This document shows positions 51,120-61,993 of a DNA stretch of 64,000 bases, piece after piece. Within the stretch, counting starts at the first letter, position 1. Every line of letters starts with the position of its first letter. The notes under the pieces are model-generated. The model was not told the DNA's origin and did no database searches. It saw only the letters and a program-made list of their open reading frames with translations. This DNA comes from Anaerohalosphaeraceae bacterium (GTDB taxonomy: Bacteria > Planctomycetota > Phycisphaerae > Sedimentisphaerales > Anaerohalosphaeraceae): NCBI GenBank assembly GCA_963675525.2, contig CAXXSL010000001.1:1-64000 (forward strand), written 5' to 3'. The translations under genes and the position numbers were made by a program.

Positions 51120-52208
51120 ATGAGCCCGGATAAAAAAATTACAGCTAAAAAAATCGCAAAAGGCTGCACTGGCGGAAGTTGCCGGTTGGATATTATTACG
51201 CCGCTTGCGAAAAAGATCAATTGTCTGGACGTGAAGCGGATCGCGGATATTTGTATTGATGAAATTCCCGTTCTGATCGGGGCCAGGCTGGCATCGCTTT
51301 ACATTCTGGATGAAAACAGCGACATCTTGCATTTGGAAAAGAACAATCACCCGTTCCTGATCAATAATATTGTATCGCTGAACCAGAATCCACCGTCCCC
51401 GATGGTGGCGGCTGTTCGAAGTAAAGAGTTGCTGATTGTCAATGATCTGGATCATCATAAGGGCCCGCATATCAATCATGCCCATCGCCCGTTTTCAAAG
51501 AACTATAAAACACACTGCTGCATTATTGCGCCGTTGATCTGCCATGGCCGAGTTGTGGGCGTTCTGAACATGAGCGAAAAAGAAACCGGCGGGGTGTTTA
51601 CCGAAGAAGACATTGCGATCGTCGAATTATTCCGGCAGCTTGTGGGCGCCTCGGTCGGAAATATTAATCTGTTCGAGAAAAGCCAGCGGCAGGCCAAAAC
51701 GGACGGCTTGACGGGGATGCTGAATCACCGAACGTTTTACGAAACCCTGGAAGCCGAATTGCGGCGTGCCCAGCGGTACGGCGGCAAACTGTCGATCATT
51801 ATGGCCGATATCGACAATCTCAAACCAATCAATGACAATTACGGTCACCGCGCCGGGGATATGACAATCAAGCAAATAGCCCGCCGGATCGGCGCCTGTA
51901 TTCGACAAATCGATGTGGCCGCACGCTATGGCGGCGACGAATTTTGCATCATTTTACCAAACACGTCTTTGGTGGATGCGACATTGGTGGCCGAGCGTAT
52001 GGTAAACATGGTCAAGGAAACGCCGCTGATCTGGGAGCAGAGCAAGGTGCCGCTGTCAATGAGCGTGGGGGTTGCCCAGTTTGACGGCGAGAACTGCGCG
52101 GGGGACGTCGCCAAAACGACCGACCAGGCTTTGTATGCGGCCAAGCAGGCCGGCAAGGGCCGGGTGTATGTCTTTGATCAGCAGGAAATCCAGGAAATCA
52201 GCGCCTAA
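51120..52208 (+). CDS. GAF-GGDEF diguanylate cyclase
   Basis: GAF domain, DGLTG, RQID I-site and ARYGGDEF. Confidence 0.93.
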   Translation: MSPDKKITAKKIAKGCTGGSCRLDIITPLAKKINCLDVKRIADICIDEIPVLIGARLASLYILDENSDILHLEKNNHPFLINNIVSLNQNPPSPMVAAVRSKELLIVNDLDHHKGPHINHAHRPFSKNYKTHCCIIAPLICHGRVVGVLNMSEKETGGVFTEEDIAIVELFRQLVGASVGNINLFEKSQRQAKTDGLTGMLNHRTFYETLEAELRRAQRYGGKLSIIMADIDNLKPINDNYGHRAGDMTIKQIARRIGACIRQIDVAARYGGDEFCIILPNTSLVDATLVAERMVNMVKETPLIWEQSKVPLSMSVGVAQFDGENCAGDVAKTTDQALYAAKQAGKGRVYVFDQQEIQEISA

Positions 52209-52256
52209 AACACGTTCGTTGTTCGTACCTTTTCACAAGTACGGGTTTTCACCATC

Positions 52257-52778
52257 CTATTGTTCGGAATTTTCCTGTCGGCGTCGCTGAAAAAATGCCT
52301 GGAGTTGTGCTTTGCAGTCTTGCTGCAGCGTTCCGGCGGTTACCTGGAGCCGATGATTTAAACGGTTGTCCTGTACAATGTTATAGAGTGATTCGACGGC
52401 TCCGGTTTTGGGGTCATCGGTGCCGTAAACCAACCGGTCCAACCGCCCCAGCACCAAAGCTCCCGCACACATTGGGCACGGTTCCAGCGTTACGTAGATC
52501 GTGCAGCCGTGCAGACGCCAGTTGCCGATGTATTCGGCGGCCTGGGTCAGGGCGATGATCTCGGCGTGAGCAGTGGGGTCCTGCAGTTGTTCCCGCTGGT
52601 TGTAGGCCTTGGCGATCACACGGTTTTCGTGAACGATGACGCAGCCGATGGGCACATCGCCGTTTTCCTCGGCAATATACGCTTGGTCGATCGCCATCCG
52701 CATGTAGCGTTCATCGTCCAGATTATTGGTCGTTAAGGGTTGCTCTGTCATGGATTGTCTCAGCAGTTGTCTTTCCAT
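52257..52778 (-). CDS. tadA: tRNA adenosine(34) deaminase
   Basis: [15 protein letters not shown] and FFQRRR motifs. Confidence 0.93.
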   Translation of the reverse strand: MERQLLRQSMTEQPLTTNNLDDERYMRMAIDQAYIAEENGDVPIGCVIVHENRVIAKAYNQREQLQDPTAHAEIIALTQAAEYIGNWRLHGCTIYVTLEPCPMCAGALVLGRLDRLVYGTDDPKTGAVESLYNIVQDNRLNHRLQVTAGTLQQDCKAQLQAFFQRRRQENSEQ

Positions 52779-53080
52779 TTATGATTGGGGCTTCGTTTTT
52801 CATATTCTGCGGCGGCTTTTTTGGTAATCGTGTGCCAAGGCACGCCTTTTTTGGCGCCGACCAGTGTGGCCAGTGCGCACCTGCACAGCGACGGGTCAAC
52901 TTTTTCGAGCATTTCTTCGTACAATTCATACGGGTCACGCGCTAGAAACTCCTGGCGGGTGGTAATTCCGATCCGGCCGAGCTTTTCTACAAAGGCCTTG
53001 CCGATATTGGGCAGGGATAATAGCGAATTATGGGTTGATCTTGGTTTCATGGCGATGCTGAAATTGGGTTCGTTTGTCAT
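52760..53080 (-). CDS. Small helix-hairpin-helix protein (TfoX-C/Cdd1-like)
   Basis: LPNIGK...L.RIGI...DPYELY. Confidence 0.7.
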   Translation of the reverse strand: MTNEPNFSIAMKPRSTHNSLLSLPNIGKAFVEKLGRIGITTRQEFLARDPYELYEEMLEKVDPSLCRCALATLVGAKKGVPWHTITKKAAAEYEKRSPNHKWKDNC

Positions 53081-53724
53081 TTTTTATCCTCCACAGATAT
53101 TTAGACTACTGGGGACATCGATGCCGCAGATGATTGTTGTTGCTGTTTCGAATTTTCAAAGACCGTATTCCAATTTTTCGTTTTTGCCGAGTCTCCGACG
53201 CACAAGGGATATTATAGCAGGCCGGGGTTTTTATTGCGGCTGTTTTTTAAGATTTTTTTGCCACACATTAAACATATATTGTTGCTGATTTTTAACCGCT
53301 GAAGACGTGAAATGACACGGATTTATGATTTTAGACGGTTATTGTGATGAATTTTCACTAGATAGAGCCGCACACGAAGAAGAACGACAAAAACACAACC
53401 CCTTTTTGACTCCTGTATCTGATGTTGCAACAGAATGGCATTTAAAACTTCTGATAATATACATGTTTTGATAAGGCTGGACACGATCATTCATAACCTG
53501 AGAGCAGGCAGAGTGCTAACATAGGGCTACACATTGGGGCAGGAATTTACTGACAGAACAATACATCTTACTGGCAGGAAGAAAAGGCAATTCCTCCGTG
53601 AATTACCCTCTCTATCTCCCCTCACTATAGAAAACCTGTCGGCTCGGTTTGAGCCGAAGGGCTAAAGTGTCGAATCTTCATCTAGATGCCGTTAGGGTAC
53701 GGGGTCGATGAAATTCGACTGCGG

Positions 53725-54879
53725 TTAATCCAGGTTCAGGACAATCCGAAAACCGGTGCTGATGAGCCGAGAGTTCGGGACACGGCTACTGCGGGCCGAT
53801 ACTCGACAACCCGGTGCGGTGGTATTATAAGCGCCGCCGCGCTGAATACGTTCCGTTCCGCCGGCAGGGCCCGGAGGATTCTCATAGGGGCTGTTATAAT
53901 AGTACATCCAGTCCGCCCAATCGTTACACCACTCGGCGGCATTGCCACACATATCATACAGACCATAACCATTGGCAAAAAAGCTGCCCACAGGGGCGGT
54001 ATATGGCTGGTCACCGTCCTCCCAGTCAGGATGGTAACCGTAGTATGGGTAGGGCGGATTCACATCGTATGTGTATGCGGCCGAGTCGGCATAATGATTG
54101 GCAAGGCTGTGACTGATCGTATCGCCCCATGGAAATCGATAATAGGGACTGTACTGACCGCCGCGTGCGGCGTGTTCCCATTCCGCTTCAGTGGGCAATC
54201 GATAGCCATGTGTTGAAAGATTACATTCCCATGTGGAAAGGTTGTAGCAGCTTGCCTTGCCGGTCTGGGCACTGAGCCAGTTGCAGTAAGCAACCGCACC
54301 GTACCAGCTTACCGCGACAACGGAATCGTTGGACATGTCACGTGGCGGGTCGCCCTTGGTCCCGACGCTGAAAGTCCCGCTTGTATCGTCGAAGTCGATT
54401 CGGGTTGCGTACGTTTGATAGTAGGGAGAACTTTCACTTGTGTCGGTTGCGGCATACACATCCCAATACGGCCCATCCTCGACAACCTTTAACTCGTTGG
54501 CATCGTAAGCCCAATTGAGGTAATCGCAGTATTGCCGGTTCGTTATCTCGCATCGGCTCATGAAAAATGCATCGACAAATACCGTATGGATGATTTCCGA
54601 CCAGCCGCCGTCTCCGTGAGTGTCACCCATTTCAAACTCGTGATCGGGTATATAGACCAAGTCGTCCGGCAGGTCCGGGTCGGTACCGACCCATTGGCTG
54701 GCCATCGCGTCAAGGTCGCTGATACCGTAACCATTGAGCCATTGGTCGGCCAATAGGGAAAAATCCTCAAAATCGACGAAACAGTCACCGGTAAGGTCGC
54801 TCGAAGGACAACCAGCCAAGATGGGACCATTTGAAAGAAGAAACACAAAAAGCGACAAGCAAATGAGTATTTTTATCAT
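53725..54879 (-). CDS. Secreted FGE-sulfatase (SUMF1)-domain protein with an N-terminal dockerin-like motif
   Basis: DLTGDCFVDFEDF..LA.QW, YRLPTEAEWE, NGYGLYDMCGN and GFR motifs; start trimmed to MIKILI. Confidence 0.88.
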   Translation of the reverse strand: MIKILICLSLFVFLLSNGPILAGCPSSDLTGDCFVDFEDFSLLADQWLNGYGISDLDAMASQWVGTDPDLPDDLVYIPDHEFEMGDTHGDGGWSEIIHTVFVDAFFMSRCEITNRQYCDYLNWAYDANELKVVEDGPYWDVYAATDTSESSPYYQTYATRIDFDDTSGTFSVGTKGDPPRDMSNDSVVAVSWYGAVAYCNWLSAQTGKASCYNLSTWECNLSTHGYRLPTEAEWEHAARGGQYSPYYRFPWGDTISHSLANHYADSAAYTYDVNPPYPYYGYHPDWEDGDQPYTAPVGSFFANGYGLYDMCGNAAEWCNDWADWMYYYNSPYENPPGPAGGTERIQRGGAYNTTAPGCRVSARSSRVPNSRLISTGFRIVLNLD

Positions 54880-55113
54880 CTTTCCATCCTCCCCAATAGT
54901 GGGTTTCCTTGCTGTTAATCCTATTGCCTTATTATAGCTAATCCGAGCGGGGATAATCAAGGAAAAAGGGATAAAATCCCCATCAACCATCCAAAATCAA
55001 GCATAATCTACGATATGGACATTCAGAAGGGTTTTATCTTAGTGTTGTTGTGATTTTCGGCTCAGGTCTTTTCTGCCGGTGAGTCTATCGGTAAGCAGTT
55101 GTCAGATGGCAAT

Positions 55114-55132
55114 GGTGGGCACGGCCCACCTA
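55114..55132. repeat. REP-like palindrome
   Basis: Reverse complement TAGGTGGGCCGTGCCCACC matches the copy at 18111. Confidence 0.6.
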
Positions 55133-55181
55133 TGACCGGAGGCCGGGGCGGCATTCTTTCGCGGGGGGTGCTTTGGCGGTA

Positions 55182-56165
55182 TTACACACCGGGTTTTGAA
55201 AGTACTTTGATTGCCGGAGCCGTCGGAGCCTTATACGTGACATGCGTCGGTTGTTTGAAGAAAATGGTTGCGATGACGGGGAAATGATCGGACGGGTAGT
55301 GTCCATCATAGGAGCGCCGGTCGATTTTGACCGACAGCGGGATGGCGTTCTCGCAGAGCGGTATATGATCGATTTTTGGGCCAGAGGTTTTTCCGCTGAA
55401 GCCGTGACGGGTGCCGATATTGGAATTTTGAACGTTTGTCAAAGACCATGCATCGTTCATTGGTGGGTAGGGGGTGCTGTACCCGATCTTTTCGAGGTAT
55501 CTCATTGCGGGATTGTCCATTTCCATGTTGAAATCACCCATGACGACAAAGGGATCGCGTGTTTTACGTGCAGCGATTCGGCCGGCAAGCATGCGGACGC
55601 TTAATTGGCGCGAGTTTTGAGAGAGGTTGTCGAGGTGGACATTGTACACGTAAAAGCTGTTACCGTCAGTTTTGTCCATCAGATGGACCCAACTGCAGAT
55701 TCGCGGCCACAGGTTGCCCCAGTCTTTTGAGCCGGGCTTTGAGGGCGTGTTTGAGAACCAGAACGTGCCGGAATCGGTCAGTTGAAAGCGGTCTTTTCGA
55801 TAGAAGATAGGGCAGCTTTCACCTTTGGCGTCCCCGTCATTTCTTCCGACGGCATAGGTGCCGTATTGGGGCATCGCTCGCCGGATATCCTGGAGTTGTT
55901 TGTTTTTTGCCTCCTGCAACCCGAAGATATCGGCGCTGTTGTCGGTGAGTGTATCGATCACAAGTGGTTTACGTTGTTTCCAACGGTGCCAGCCGTCGAG
56001 CATCGTATCTACACGAATATTGAAGGTCATGACTTTCATTTCACCCGAATGAGATGGCGTAAAGCGGATTATCCGGGGTGCCGTTTGTGAGCGGGCGGGG
56101 CAGTTGGAAACAAGCGTCAACGTAATTGTTAAAAAACAGATAGCTGCCAATCTTAATGGTTTCAT
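55182..56165 (-). CDS. Secreted endonuclease/exonuclease/phosphatase-family protein
   Basis: MTFNIR, GLQE, MGDFN, IDHI and SDHFPV motifs. Confidence 0.92.
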   Translation of the reverse strand: MKPLRLAAICFLTITLTLVSNCPARSQTAPRIIRFTPSHSGEMKVMTFNIRVDTMLDGWHRWKQRKPLVIDTLTDNSADIFGLQEAKNKQLQDIRRAMPQYGTYAVGRNDGDAKGESCPIFYRKDRFQLTDSGTFWFSNTPSKPGSKDWGNLWPRICSWVHLMDKTDGNSFYVYNVHLDNLSQNSRQLSVRMLAGRIAARKTRDPFVVMGDFNMEMDNPAMRYLEKIGYSTPYPPMNDAWSLTNVQNSNIGTRHGFSGKTSGPKIDHIPLCENAIPLSVKIDRRSYDGHYPSDHFPVIATIFFKQPTHVTYKAPTAPAIKVLSKPGV

Positions 56166-56529
56166 ATTTTGGTTTCCTGGTCATCACACCTCATGGGCGG
56201 ATTTTAAAAATCTGAATACACGCTACCTGCCCACAATGACATCAATGGTTTTATTGTGGCAGATAGCTCACTGGTTGCCGAACAAAAATCCCCTCATGTT
56301 TAAGAACGGCATAGTCTACGGGAATCTTTAAAAAATGAAAGAAAAAAATATATTCTTAACAAAGCCAAACAGCCCTTAATTGAGGTAATGGATAAACTAT
56401 CAAAAAAGACTTTTTTCAGCGACATCCATTTTGTCGTAGGCGGTTTTTTAAATTGCTTCTGAAATGGCGAAAGGATAAAAGTTCTTGTAAAATTAAGGAG
56501 GTTGTGGGTAGAATGTCAATAGAGTAAAA

Positions 56530-57648
56530 GTGCGAGGAAGTGTCTTGAACTTCATTGAAGAGCAAGAAATGAATGACAGGCGAAATACAAAAACGGACGT
56601 ATTCTTTTGGCTCCTGTTCCTTGGCGTGTTAGCGATCGTCTCGCTAAGCGGCTGTCAGACAGGGAAATACCCGCGACTGCGGGTCGGGGAATTTTTCGGA
56701 TCCCCTGTAAAAATGCGATTTCCCGATCCGAATCATTTGGGCCGTCATCACTATGATGACCCGGAGGGAGAAAGGATCGGGATGGTTTACACCTGCGGCG
56801 GGGGATTCATTGATATCGGCCACCTGCGGGAGGCCGCGGATCGAACGGCCTACCTGGCGTCTGTGACCAATCGAAACCTGTTGCTTGACCAAACCGTCTT
56901 TCGCTTTCAGGTGATCGAACCGTCGCGGTATTGGGTTACCATTTCGTACCCTGAAAACTGGGATGATCTCTCCACCGAAGAACGGTCGAAAATCGCAGGA
57001 GAGGTGTCGATTTTGCTGGGGCAGTATTTCGCGAGAACCAGCTTGATCTGGCATGAAATCCTGACCTGGTACGGTTTTTCTTCGACGGGGTTATTTTCAG
57101 AAAATATCTCCGCGTTTTCATGGGAAGATCCCTATTCAGATCTTCTGGGAACGTGTCTTGCCGTGTGGGCCTTGCGTGACGATGGGCAGACGTATGACGA
57201 TGCGATGACGGAACTCATCGATCGAACTCTTCGTGAACTGGATGTTCAGCCCTCTGAGGTTGCGCAGCAAGCGGCCCAGCAAATCAAAGGCCGATGGTTC
57301 AGCGGTGGATATTATTTTTTTGTTGATATGAAGATTCGTAATTACGATGTTGGTCTGGATGATGGGCGGATTACTCCCCGTTTGGTGCCGGGAATCTGTC
57401 CGGATGCGGAACCACAGCCCTGCCTGGCACCCAGCCTGGATATTCTGACGGAATACGGGTTTAAAATGGAGCTGGAAATTGAACCGCGGGTTATGGAGAA
57501 AACTCCGATATACCATGATCTTCAGTTAAAGAATCCGGATGACCGCATTCGGCCGGCGGATCACTTTCCGGAAATCATGAGATGCATCAAACGTCATGCA
57601 AATACCTCCGGCGAAAATGAAAAAGAGTCGTTTTCTATAAGAAGATAA
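56530..57648 (+). CDS. DUF4056-type lipoprotein
   Basis: Lipobox LSGC; YTCGGGFIDIGH, WHEILTWYG and SAFSWED.YS motifs. Confidence 0.7.
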   Translation: MRGSVLNFIEEQEMNDRRNTKTDVFFWLLFLGVLAIVSLSGCQTGKYPRLRVGEFFGSPVKMRFPDPNHLGRHHYDDPEGERIGMVYTCGGGFIDIGHLREAADRTAYLASVTNRNLLLDQTVFRFQVIEPSRYWVTISYPENWDDLSTEERSKIAGEVSILLGQYFARTSLIWHEILTWYGFSSTGLFSENISAFSWEDPYSDLLGTCLAVWALRDDGQTYDDAMTELIDRTLRELDVQPSEVAQQAAQQIKGRWFSGGYYFFVDMKIRNYDVGLDDGRITPRLVPGICPDAEPQPCLAPSLDILTEYGFKMELEIEPRVMEKTPIYHDLQLKNPDDRIRPADHFPEIMRCIKRHANTSGENEKESFSIRR

Positions 57649-57794
57649 CCAGTGCCCTAAATACATCTTGTGATAAAAAAATAACTTGACTTAATCCGGA
57701 TAAGAGATAGACTGATACTAGTATTACTGTGAAGCCATCTATTGGAGGAGACTTCACAAAAGAGAAGGAAAATAGTATTTTGGAGAGAGGAAGA

Positions 57795-58265
57795 ATGAAA
57801 AAAATAGTACCAATTCTTATGATGACCCTCTTTATCGGTGGAATCATCTCATCAGCGAATGCCGCTTTGATGTTGGTCCCGGTGGATCTCAAACAAGCAA
57901 CATTATTAACGGATTCTCCGGGCTCCTTTTTGGGTTGCTATCTATCCATTTCTTCTGAGGTTGATTACATCATCGAGCCGACGGCCCCGATAACGATCGA
58001 GCTTCTTGACGATTTGGGTGATGGGCTGGATTGGATCTATGTTTACAACACAGGTCCGCTGCAGGTTCCCGATAATCCACTCGTTACGATCACACTGACA
58101 GACCTCGAGGTATTCGTTGATACAAATGCTTATTATGAAATGGGTCTTTGGGACGATGCGGCCGTTGAACAATTAGACAGCCTCGGCATCACCGTTCCCG
58201 AACCGGCGACAGTGTTGCTACTGGGTTTGGGTGGTTTGGTGGCGAGGAAACGCAAGAGGGATTAA
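57795..58265 (+). CDS. PEP-CTERM sorting-domain protein
   Basis: Signal peptide MKKIVP...; VPEPATVLLLGLGGLVARKRKRD. Confidence 0.88.
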   Translation: MKKIVPILMMTLFIGGIISSANAALMLVPVDLKQATLLTDSPGSFLGCYLSISSEVDYIIEPTAPITIELLDDLGDGLDWIYVYNTGPLQVPDNPLVTITLTDLEVFVDTNAYYEMGLWDDAAVEQLDSLGITVPEPATVLLLGLGGLVARKRKRD

Positions 58266-58426
58266 GGTAAAAAAAAGACGACCCCAACAGACTATTTTAA
58301 AGAAATGCGAGGAAAATTATTTAAAGCATTTCTTCTTTACCCAAATAGCACCGTTGCGACATCTTCCATGCGATCTTGTCTTGTGCGCAGCCATTGGCAG
58401 TTTAAACTGTGCTGATATCCTAAGTC

Positions 58427-61400
58427 TTAATCTACACTCTGGTATATACTTTGTATTTGTGCGGCGGAAAGGGTTTCGTCATAAATCCGAACCTCGTCGA
58501 TGAGTCCCTCAAAATATCTTTCTCCAATGTAATACATCCCGATCTGCACGTTTTGGTAGCTGCCCGTATTAACCGGTTCATCAACAGATGCGCTGATCGT
58601 CTCAAGATTACCGTCAACGTACAGCCGCACTTCTGTAATATCGGGAGAGCCGTCATTTTCCAGAACGACCGCGATATGGTGCCATGTATCGTCATTGATC
58701 AGCGTAGAGCCGATGATATTGCCGCCGTTTACTTCCGCGCGAAGTTGCCCCCCCTCATTGACACGGATCACCCAGCGACCGCCATTGTAATCTTCGCCCC
58801 AGCTGATAATCTCGTCGGTTGGCTGGATTGTTTTGATCCAGGCGGTACACGTCCGGCTGGCACCGCCGGAGATGCCTTTGTAACCGGTGATTTCCACGTA
58901 ATCGTCAAGGCCGTCAAATTCGATTGCGCCACCGGTGATACCCGACGACCGGGCCGGATTATTGATCAGCAGACCTGACCGAGCATAGATTGAATTGTCT
59001 TGGGCCGTATCCCCATTTATTTCATCAAACTTTAAATAGAGTTGTTGTTCTCCCATGTACAACCAGTCTTCGGCAAGCAATGCAAAATCCAATAAATTCA
59101 CAACACCATCTCCGCCCGGTTCAAGTGCGATATCAGCCGAGGGAACCTGCGGTGTTTGCAGCCATTGGTTAGCCATAATCGAAAAATCCTTTAAATTTAC
59201 AGCTCCGTCGCCGTTAATATCGCTGCCTGTATAAACCGTAATACCGTTGTGAACATCCGACGAAGTGAGCAGGTTGCCGTTTTGGTCTTCGACGTCCACT
59301 CGAATCTGTGTTGTGCCCCCATTGGGAATGCCGGTTATGTTCCATTTACACTCATAGGGTGCTGATGGATCAGAACTGATCGTGTGCCATGAACCATCCT
59401 GATAATATCTGAATGTTACTTGGCTGACACCACCGGAGCCGCGGTCTCCGGCCACGGCTGAGAGCGTTACAGGACTGGCAATGGAGGTGTAAACATCTGG
59501 ATCGTAAATGTGGCACCACGGGTCAAAGGTATCGCCGCCCGATGACGATTCATAAACAATACCTCCAAGCCAGGATACCGGTGTCGCCGATTTACCGGCG
59601 TTGTCGAAGACGTCGGCGGTTAACGATATTTTCTGGCTGTTGCTCATGCTCGGATACCATGTGATGGCGTAAGGTGCCGTCGTATCAGTACCCAGAAAAT
59701 GCCATCCGCCATCATAATTACCCCAGAATTCGACACGATTTACCCCCGAGACATCATCCTCCGCGTCTGCGCTGATAGTTACTGCTTGTCCTTGGGTAAT
59801 GACATCGCCGCCCCAGGGTGCCGTAAATACAGCGGTTGGGTTTTTGGTATCAGTTGGACTTGAACTGAGTACAATACCCGCATGATAATCCGCCGGCCCG
59901 ATGGTGTTGTTGTTATTATCAACGATATCGATTGTTATCCATCGTGTCGAGTTCACATAGCTGGAAAGGTCGACATTAAGTGTATAGACACCGTTCGTTG
60001 GCGTATAGACTTCTCCCAACAAGGTATTTGTCCCGCCCGGATCGGAAGGCGAGCCTTGTATCCAGAACTTGACCCGGTTGACTCCGCTGGAACTGTCCCA
60101 TGCACGTGCTTTAAGGGTGACTGTTTGCGAGGTATCGATCGTCGTGTCCACGGGCGGGAATTCGATAGAGCCGTAACTGTTGGTGACATCGCCTGCACTG
60201 CGTTCGAGCGTTGAACCACCGTCCGAGAGCAGGGCGGCCGCGGATGTCTTTTCTATTCCCTTGTTGTCAGTAACGTCAACGCGAAATTCAACAGCCTGAT
60301 CAGACACGGACGAAATATTCCACACATAGGAGTAAGGAGCGGTAGAGTCTGTATTTAACAGTCTCCACGCGGTTGATGAGCCGTTATTGTAATTGGCCCA
60401 GAATTCCACATAATCGACGGTGGTGTCGTCTGCGCAGACGGCATCTGCCGAAAGCGTAACGGACGTTACCTGTCCGGTGCCTGTTCCGGCGGATGGAGAT
60501 GTCAGCCATGCATCCGGTTTACGGTTGATCGTCGGCGAAGCGTCCTGATTGATGAGAATGGCAACGATATCTTTATCAAAGTTGGGCAGGCTTGTGGTTA
60601 CAGTGCCGGAAACGGCCGCGGTGTCTTCGGCGCTGATAAGCTCGCCGGTATAGGAATTAAAATACTTCACCCGGTATATTCCGGCGGTCATGTTGGTAAC
60701 GTTCAGATCCGCTCCGCTGATGGTGCCGGTCGTATACCGTGAATCCTGCAGGATGAATACCAGGGCGGTATAGGAATCTCCGCAGGCCATATCGATGACC
60801 GTATGACCGCCGGTGTTTGTAACGGAAACGTTACTGTCGATATTGTCTGAAGCAAACTGCGACCACTTGATATGTTTGATAATTCGACTCATTCCCAGTA
60901 CGGAATCGAACATCTCATCCGTCGGACCTTGAAACAGCCGGAAAGGCCACCTTAGATTACTGCCTGCTCCGCCGCTGGCCAGATGTGCCCATATCATGTT
61001 ATGGTAGTATTCGTTATCGAAGTTTACGTCGGCCAGTCCGCCGCTGATCGGACCTGATTCCGAGTCGAAAAAAGGCCGCATATCGCCGGCGACAAACTGA
61101 TCCAATGCAAGGTTGACGTATTGATTGACGACCACTGCCGAGGCGATAACATTCGCCGGATCAGCGATTTCTGTGTAATACATGTGGTTCGTGGCGAAGT
61201 CACAGTTGGGGTGCTGGAAAACCGCATACTTAAGGTCTCCCGATGTCGGGCAGCCGGCGGTATTGAGCGTGATCATATGATTTTTTCCCCACGTCTGCCG
61301 CTCGTATTGTGTCAGCCATGAAGTCATCCGGTCCGTCCAGGCCCGTATCTCCGACCCGCTCGGTCCACCCCACCACAGATCGACTTCGTTCATAATGTCC

Positions 61401-61993
61401 CAGGCAAACAGGTAATCCGAATTCCCGTAGCGATCCACAAACCACTTCATTCTTGCCTTTTGATATTCAAAACAGGCATCACTCGTTAGTCCGTCGCTTT
61501 CGCTGTGGCACGGACCGCCGTTGATGGCGTTATAAGGGTATTCAGCCCATGCGAAATGATGCCAGTAGTTGTCATAAGGAGTCAGCAGGATGTAGATTTT
61601 GTAGTCTTCGGCAAGTTCAAAAAGATCGTCAAAAAATTGAGCAAAGGCCGGATTAAACACCCCGACCGGATTTTCTAAAAGCAGGTAGCGATAACCGGAG
61701 TCCGGCGCCTCGCCCCAGACCCTCAGCACGTTGACACCGTGGTCGTGCATCATGTTAAAATATTCGCGCAGTGCTTCTTTATCGTAATCCCAATTGTTAA
61801 CAGGGTAGATTTGGAAGAGACTCTCAGGAAAGTCCGGCATCTGGTCGAAACCGAGCGGCAGAAAATCAGTGCCGTCTTCAAGCTGAAAATAGCGACCGCT
61901 GTCGCAGACGGTGACATAATTACTCCCGCGCACAGATGCACAGAGCGTAAAACCCAGTGTAAACAATGTTAAGTATATGATATGTTTCATCAT
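58427..61993 (-). CDS. Modular secreted glycoside hydrolase: GH5-like clan-A domain, about four Ig-like repeats, dockerin-like motifs and LamG
   Basis: WDIMNE and DSESG motifs; repeated V..VEFW...D.TAPY...W; DINGDGAVNLKDF; DTWHHIAVV...F.GLIDEVRIY. Confidence 0.85.
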   Translation of the reverse strand: MMKHIIYLTLFTLGFTLCASVRGSNYVTVCDSGRYFQLEDGTDFLPLGFDQMPDFPESLFQIYPVNNWDYDKEALREYFNMMHDHGVNVLRVWGEAPDSGYRYLLLENPVGVFNPAFAQFFDDLFELAEDYKIYILLTPYDNYWHHFAWAEYPYNAINGGPCHSESDGLTSDACFEYQKARMKWFVDRYGNSDYLFAWDIMNEVDLWWGGPSGSEIRAWTDRMTSWLTQYERQTWGKNHMITLNTAGCPTSGDLKYAVFQHPNCDFATNHMYYTEIADPANVIASAVVVNQYVNLALDQFVAGDMRPFFDSESGPISGGLADVNFDNEYYHNMIWAHLASGGAGSNLRWPFRLFQGPTDEMFDSVLGMSRIIKHIKWSQFASDNIDSNVSVTNTGGHTVIDMACGDSYTALVFILQDSRYTTGTISGADLNVTNMTAGIYRVKYFNSYTGELISAEDTAAVSGTVTTSLPNFDKDIVAILINQDASPTINRKPDAWLTSPSAGTGTGQVTSVTLSADAVCADDTTVDYVEFWANYNNGSSTAWRLLNTDSTAPYSYVWNISSVSDQAVEFRVDVTDNKGIEKTSAAALLSDGGSTLERSAGDVTNSYGSIEFPPVDTTIDTSQTVTLKARAWDSSSGVNRVKFWIQGSPSDPGGTNTLLGEVYTPTNGVYTLNVDLSSYVNSTRWITIDIVDNNNNTIGPADYHAGIVLSSSPTDTKNPTAVFTAPWGGDVITQGQAVTISADAEDDVSGVNRVEFWGNYDGGWHFLGTDTTAPYAITWYPSMSNSQKISLTADVFDNAGKSATPVSWLGGIVYESSSGGDTFDPWCHIYDPDVYTSIASPVTLSAVAGDRGSGGVSQVTFRYYQDGSWHTISSDPSAPYECKWNITGIPNGGTTQIRVDVEDQNGNLLTSSDVHNGITVYTGSDINGDGAVNLKDFSIMANQWLQTPQVPSADIALEPGGDGVVNLLDFALLAEDWLYMGEQQLYLKFDEINGDTAQDNSIYARSGLLINNPARSSGITGGAIEFDGLDDYVEITGYKGISGGASRTCTAWIKTIQPTDEIISWGEDYNGGRWVIRVNEGGQLRAEVNGGNIIGSTLINDDTWHHIAVVLENDGSPDITEVRLYVDGNLETISASVDEPVNTGSYQNVQIGMYYIGERYFEGLIDEVRIYDETLSAAQIQSIYQSVD

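Noticed and set aside
53630..53720. Bulged hairpin resembling an attC site
   Set aside because: Single copy, core sites misplaced and no integrase; more likely a terminator for the FGE-sulfatase gene
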